DNA from: Pyrodictium abyssi
GTDB lineage: Archaea > Thermoproteota > Thermoprotei_A > Sulfolobales > Pyrodictiaceae
Length of the DNA: 32,000 bases
Assembly (NCBI RefSeq): GCF_036323395.1
Contig: NZ_AP028907.1
Span: forward strand, 240,001 to 272,000
Direction of reading: 5' to 3'
Shown here: positions 27,554 to 32,000 of the stretch, piece after piece
Position numbering within the stretch: the first letter of the stretch is position 1
Layout: each line of letters opens with the position of its first letter
Notes under the pieces: model-generated
What the model saw: the letters and a program-made list of their open reading frames with translations, nothing else
Databases searched by the model: none
What the model was told of the DNA's origin: nothing
Position numbers and translations under genes: made by a program

Positions 27554-29521
27554 CTACGTGCTGCCTCCCTGCTGGTCGCCGCCGAGGCCCAGTAGGCTCC
27601 AGAGTTTTTCACGGAAGCGCTCCCACCACTCCCTGGCTGCTACCGGGTCGCTGGCCATCCTGGGGCCCCAGTCGCGGTCGCCGAGCTCCACGGCTATGCC
27701 CGCGACCATGTCTATTGTCTTCCTGCTCTCCCAGGGCCTGGGCTCCGCGCCTGCCTGGAGCTGGTACCGGGCTATAGCCCGGAGCGTCTCGAGGGCGTGG
27801 CTCCGGAGGTTGACGTCGAGGCCTAGTAGCTCGTGGTATAGGTGCTGGAGTAGCTGCTCGGCCCAGCGTCTGTGGAACCGGCATAGGCCCGCGTTGTCGA
27901 CGAGATACTCTGCTATCATCCTGTCGAGGACGGCCTCTGCTAGCTCCTCTGGCGAGGCGAAGCTCGGGCTGTACACGGTCCAGTACCTGCCCGGCACGGG
28001 GACTGGGGCCACGAGGCCCGGGCTCCAGTAGAGGTTCGGCGTCATGTAGCCCCGCTCGCCGTAGGCCGAGTAGACGGCCACGTCCTGATATCCGGTCCGG
28101 TACATGTAGACCCTACCGCTGTACCGTAGGTTCAGCGCGTGTGCAGCCGCCCTCAGCCCCCGCCTGGCGACCAGGGTGAGTAGCCACCCGCGGTGCTCCA
28201 CTAGGCCCTCGAGTATGGCGCGCGCCGCCTCGGCGTTAGCCCTGCTGTCGCGCTCGGCCCGGTAGACGGTTGGGTCGAATACGGGGCGCTCGCTGAGCCC
28301 GAGCTCCCCGGGGCTCAGCATACCCCGCTGGAGCAGGTCGAAGAGCCACGCCACTATGTGGCCGGCCTCGATAGCGTCTATCCCCAGCTCGTCCGCGAGC
28401 TCCACTAGGCCCGCCATGTCCTCGGCCCGGAGCACGCCCGAGAACGGGCCGAGAGCGTTAGAGGGCTCATAGTCTATCTTCACCCCTCTCCACAGCTTCT
28501 TGCACACAGCCGGGCACGGCTCGCCACAGGTCCTCCAGGGCCGGGGCCCAGGCTTCTCGAAGACCTCGCGCTGGACCGGCTTCCAGAGCTCCTCGAGGAC
28601 CCTGTCTACCAGGCTGCTACGCGCCGCCTTCGAGAGGTACACGGTGTTGAAGCCGAAGAAGGGGAGCAGGTCGCGGTAGTGCAGGTAGTTCACGCCGAAG
28701 GTCCCGCCGCTACCGAGCCGGGGGTCGTACCGGTACTTCGCCGTGGCCCGCTCCACCGCCTCGGCGTAGCTCTTGCCGAGCACACGGCGACTCACCTCGT
28801 CCAGGAGCCGGGCGTCGCGCAGCCGCGGATTATCGCGCGAGGGGTCGTACTCGCCGCCATAGACTATCGCTGCTACGCCGTGGCCCTGGAGCAGTACGCT
28901 CCCCGCGCCGCCCCGGCTAGCAGAGTCGACGACGCCCCCGGGCCGGCCCCGCTCCACGTTGAAGCTGAACACACCAGCCATTATCGTCCGGGCAGCCGCC
29001 GGCCCCACCACCAGGGCCCCAGCCCGGGACAGCCCCTGGCCGTACCGCTCCAGGACGTAGGCTGCTAGCGCCCGGGTCCCCCGGAGCCCCTGGTAGCCCC
29101 TCCACACCTCCCAGAGCTGGTCCCACCCGATCTCCTCCACCCTGGCCTCCACAGAGCCGTCCACAGAGCCCCTGAGCACTAGGGCTACGGGCTCCTCGCG
29201 CCACCCCTCAACCACTACGCCGTGGACGCCGGCCGACACGAAGCGGTAGCACACACCGCCAACCGTGCTCACGTGCAGGCCCCGCGTGACCGGGCTACGG
29301 AACACCAGCGCCATCCTGTGGGCCCCGAACACCCGGCCACCCGCGAACGGGCCACAGCCCGCCACGACCACGTTGCGGGCCGAGAACACGGGGGAGCCAT
29401 GGCTCCCGGCGTCCAGGTGCACCTTGACACCATAGTCCACGGGGCCGAGGACACCAGGCATACCCGCCTCGACGACCCTAGCCTCGCCAGAAGCCACGTT
29501 GACGTGCAGGAAGCGGAGCAC
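27554..29521 (-). CDS. Aldehyde:ferredoxin oxidoreductase (AOR) family tungsten enzyme; start assigned to internal GTG rather than 29611
   Basis: Translation has FLHVNVASGEARVV start, NVVVAGCGPFAGG, SVGGVC-like, HGVVVEGW, NAREA-like, GSGGTFGVNYLHYRDLLPFFGFNTVY, CGEPCPAVCKK, ALGPFSGV, and GIDAIEAGHIVAWLFDLLQRG. The longer start would run across the divergent CBS gene promoter. Confidence 0.8.
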   Translation of the reverse strand: MLRFLHVNVASGEARVVEAGMPGVLGPVDYGVKVHLDAGSHGSPVFSARNVVVAGCGPFAGGRVFGAHRMALVFRSPVTRGLHVSTVGGVCYRFVSAGVHGVVVEGWREEPVALVLRGSVDGSVEARVEEIGWDQLWEVWRGYQGLRGTRALAAYVLERYGQGLSRAGALVVGPAAARTIMAGVFSFNVERGRPGGVVDSASRGGAGSVLLQGHGVAAIVYGGEYDPSRDNPRLRDARLLDEVSRRVLGKSYAEAVERATAKYRYDPRLGSGGTFGVNYLHYRDLLPFFGFNTVYLSKAARSSLVDRVLEELWKPVQREVFEKPGPRPWRTCGEPCPAVCKKLWRGVKIDYEPSNALGPFSGVLRAEDMAGLVELADELGIDAIEAGHIVAWLFDLLQRGMLSPGELGLSERPVFDPTVYRAERDSRANAEAARAILEGLVEHRGWLLTLVARRGLRAAAHALNLRYSGRVYMYRTGYQDVAVYSAYGERGYMTPNLYWSPGLVAPVPVPGRYWTVYSPSFASPEELAEAVLDRMIAEYLVDNAGLCRFHRRWAEQLLQHLYHELLGLDVNLRSHALETLRAIARYQLQAGAEPRPWESRKTIDMVAGIAVELGDRDWGPRMASDPVAAREWWERFREKLWSLLGLGGDQQGGST

Positions 29522-29592
29522 AGACAAGACCGCCGCCCCGGAGACGGTATAGCAGCCCGCCCACGTAATATCTACCGGAGGACGGGGGAGAC

Positions 29593-29991
29593 GTGGCCCC
29601 GACCCGTGCACGAGACCTCATACGCGATACGCGCCCGGTCTACACAGGCCCCGAGACGAGCGTGAAGAAGGCCGCGGAGCTCATGGCCGAGCACAACATC
29701 GGCAGCATACCAGTGGTGGACGCCAGCGGCCGGCTAGTAGGCATATTCACAGAGCGCGACCTCACACGCCTAGTAGCCAGAGGCGAAGACCTAGACAGGC
29801 CGCTAAGAGACGCGATGACCCCAAACCCCGTGACCGCGCACCCAGACGACCCCCTGCCACTCCTAGCCTACAAGATGATAGAACACAACATACGCCACAT
29901 ACCAGTCGTAGACGACAACGGCAGGCTACTAGGCGTAGTAAGCATACGCCGAGTACTACGCCACCTAATAGCCCGAGAAGAATGGCCCTAG
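29593..29991 (+). CDS. Tandem CBS-domain protein
   Basis: 132 aa: ETSVKKAAELMAEHNIGSIPVVDASGRLVGIFTERDLTRLV...DAMTPNPVTAHPDDPLPLLAYKMIEHNIRHIPVVDDNGRLLGVVSIRRVLRHL; GGAGG upstream of a GTG start. Confidence 0.92.
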   Translation: MAPTRARDLIRDTRPVYTGPETSVKKAAELMAEHNIGSIPVVDASGRLVGIFTERDLTRLVARGEDLDRPLRDAMTPNPVTAHPDDPLPLLAYKMIEHNIRHIPVVDDNGRLLGVVSIRRVLRHLIAREEWP

Positions 29992-30024
29992 GGAGAGCAC
30001 AGGCCCGCAAGAGGCACAGGGGCG

Positions 30025-30210
30025 TTGAAGCCCCACCGCCCAGCAGCAGGGCTCGCAACCCTCCTCCTACTAGCCATCATAGCCAACAGCACCGTAGTGC
30101 TCCACATTACACACATCTACAAGACCCAGTACACCCTATACCCTAGCAAATGGCGCATAGGACTACCAATAATCATCTTGCTAGCAGCCTCCAGCACCTA
30201 TGCTACATGA
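30025..30210 (+). CDS. Small putative 2-TM membrane protein (61 aa)
   Basis: TTG-start ORF LATLLLLAIIANSTVVLHI...WRIGLPIIILLAASSTYAT; its stop overlaps the next ATG (ATGA). Confidence 0.4.
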   Translation: MKPHRPAAGLATLLLLAIIANSTVVLHITHIYKTQYTLYPSKWRIGLPIIILLAASSTYAT

Positions 30211-30425
30211 TCCTCTCCTCTAGAAGACTCGACAAGGTTACCAAAGCTATATGCATACTCACTGTTGCGGCAAACTGGGGCTCACTCGCCACCCTAGCAC
30301 TATACACACACGACGTACTCGTCTACACAGGCCTAGCAGCATCACTCATACTCGGCACAACCATACTATACACCCTACAGCGCATAGAGACACCCACGCA
30401 CCAGAAGAGGCCTCTAGCCTCCTAG
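30207..30425 (+). CDS. Small putative 2-TM membrane protein (72 aa)
   Basis: MILSSRRLDKVTKAICILTVAANWGSLATLALYTHDVLVYTGLAASLILGTTILYTLQRIETPTHQKRPLAS. ATG overlaps the previous stop; the ORF track uses an earlier start at 30150. Confidence 0.45.
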   Translation: MILSSRRLDKVTKAICILTVAANWGSLATLALYTHDVLVYTGLAASLILGTTILYTLQRIETPTHQKRPLAS

Positions 30426-30745
30426 CACACCTCCCGGCCAGTCCACACAGCCACATAGCCCCCAGAGAACCCGCCACGACGCCGCCTCTTCTCATCAGCA
30501 GCCCGGACCAGGTCCCCCAGACCCAGCCCCCGAAGCCGGAGCCACTCACGCAGAGCCTCAAACAAGTCAGCAGCCTCCTCGATAGACCCCGACTCAGCCA
30601 GCTCCATAGCTTCCTCCACGATCTTAGCCCTCAGAAGCGCCTCCAGCTCCGAGCCAGAAACCCTGTAGACGACAACACCCTCCTGGCCCTCGAGCTCCCT
30701 CCCAATCCCGTCGCGCACAAGTTTCCAACACACCAACCCCAGGAC
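30422..30745 (-). CDS. MazG/HisE-like nucleotide pyrophosphohydrolase (start uncertain; ORF track extends to 30862)
   Basis: WKLVRDGIGRELEG...VVYRVSGSELEALLRAKIVEEAMELAESGSIEEAADLFEALREWLRLRGLGLGDLVRAADEKRRRRGGFSGGYVAVW follows the archaeal PRA-PH/MazG-like pattern. Confidence 0.75.
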   Translation of the reverse strand, partial: VLGLVCWKLVRDGIGRELEGQEGVVVYRVSGSELEALLRAKIVEEAMELAESGSIEEAADLFEALREWLRLRGLGLGDLVRAADEKRRRRGGFSGGYVAVWTGREVC

Positions 30746-30929
30746 CCCAGCACCAAGAATCCGGAAGGGAAGCCAATAAGCCAATAGAACACGCAGAACC
30801 AGAAGCGCCGGCATACAAGCCAGAGGCACAAGCCCCCAGAAACAAGAGCACATCGAGGACACAACAATTCAAACAGGAGGTGGAACCGACAGAAGCCGGA
30901 TACCAGTGGAACACATCACGCAGCGAAGA

Positions 30930-31028
30930 GCGGGGGCCCAGACCCCGCAGCTAGGACCCAGGGGCCCTAGGCCCCGGGCCCTGGACCCCTTGGCGGGCCA
31001 CGCAGCCCTATACCCAGCGTGGCCCGCC
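30930..31028 (-). terminator. Three consecutive GC-rich hairpins downstream of 23S rRNA 3' end (processing and/or termination region)
   Basis: Stems: 30930-30935 with 30943-30948 (GCGGGG/CCCCGC); about 30958-30967 with 30975-30983 (CCAGGGGCCC/GGGCCCTGG, one bulge); 30992-31003 with 31017-31028 (GGCGGGCCACGC/GCGTGGCCCGCC, perfect 12 bp). Confidence 0.5.
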
Positions 31029-31034
31029 CCCGGG

Positions 31035-32000
<966 letters not shown>

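Noticed and set aside
26901-28031. 376 aa plus-strand ORF (long by length alone)
   Set aside because: Opposite the TSUP transporter and AOR genes in very GC-rich DNA; Pro/Ser/Arg/Thr-rich translation with no domain features.
28679-29665. Plus- and minus-strand alternative ORFs (129, 95, 147 aa)
   Set aside because: Overlap the AOR gene in other frames; His/Pro/Arg-rich composition artefacts of high GC.
30251-30787. 178 aa plus-strand His/Pro/Thr-rich ORF
   Set aside because: Antisense to the MazG-like gene, whose conserved KLVRD/EEA.E pattern is on the minus strand.

Overview
The window looks like ordinary core chromosome of a hyperthermophilic crenarchaeon. It resembles Pyrodictiaceae/Hyperthermus in gene content, GTG/TTG start use and rRNA sequence, but this is an impression and no search was run. 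Nearly all coding is on the minus strand and covers information processing and central metabolism: both AcnX (phosphomevalonate dehydratase) subunits plus a UbiD-family decarboxylase; a Clp1/Grc3-type kinase; RadB; CDP-archaeol synthase; Nop10; aIF2-alpha; S27e; L44e; a probable GINS subunit; PriS; PCNA; TFS; Rpo11; Csl4; Dph2; L10e; a run of methyltransferases (THUMP, TrmJ-like, HemK-like, KsgA); DUF655; Rpo4; L21e; Pus10; a candidate TrmY; SRP54; and aIF5A. A tRNA-Asp(GTC) is at 25355-25432. The accessory part (about 25.6-30.9 kb) holds a hemerythrin-like gene interrupted by a +1 frameshift in a C-run, a split ligase-like nucleotidyltransferase candidate, a TSUP transporter, an aldehyde:ferredoxin oxidoreductase homologue, a CBS protein, two tiny membrane ORFs and a MazG-like ORF. 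The window ends in the 3' part of a minus-strand 23S rRNA, followed downstream by three consecutive GC-rich hairpins. The best leads are a RuvC/YqgF-like unknown protein divergent from radB, the Pus10-TrmY-like overlap, the frameshifted hemerythrin, the split ligase-like gene, and the post-23S hairpin array. I found no CRISPR array, transposon, rRNA homing endonuclease or convincing defence system.
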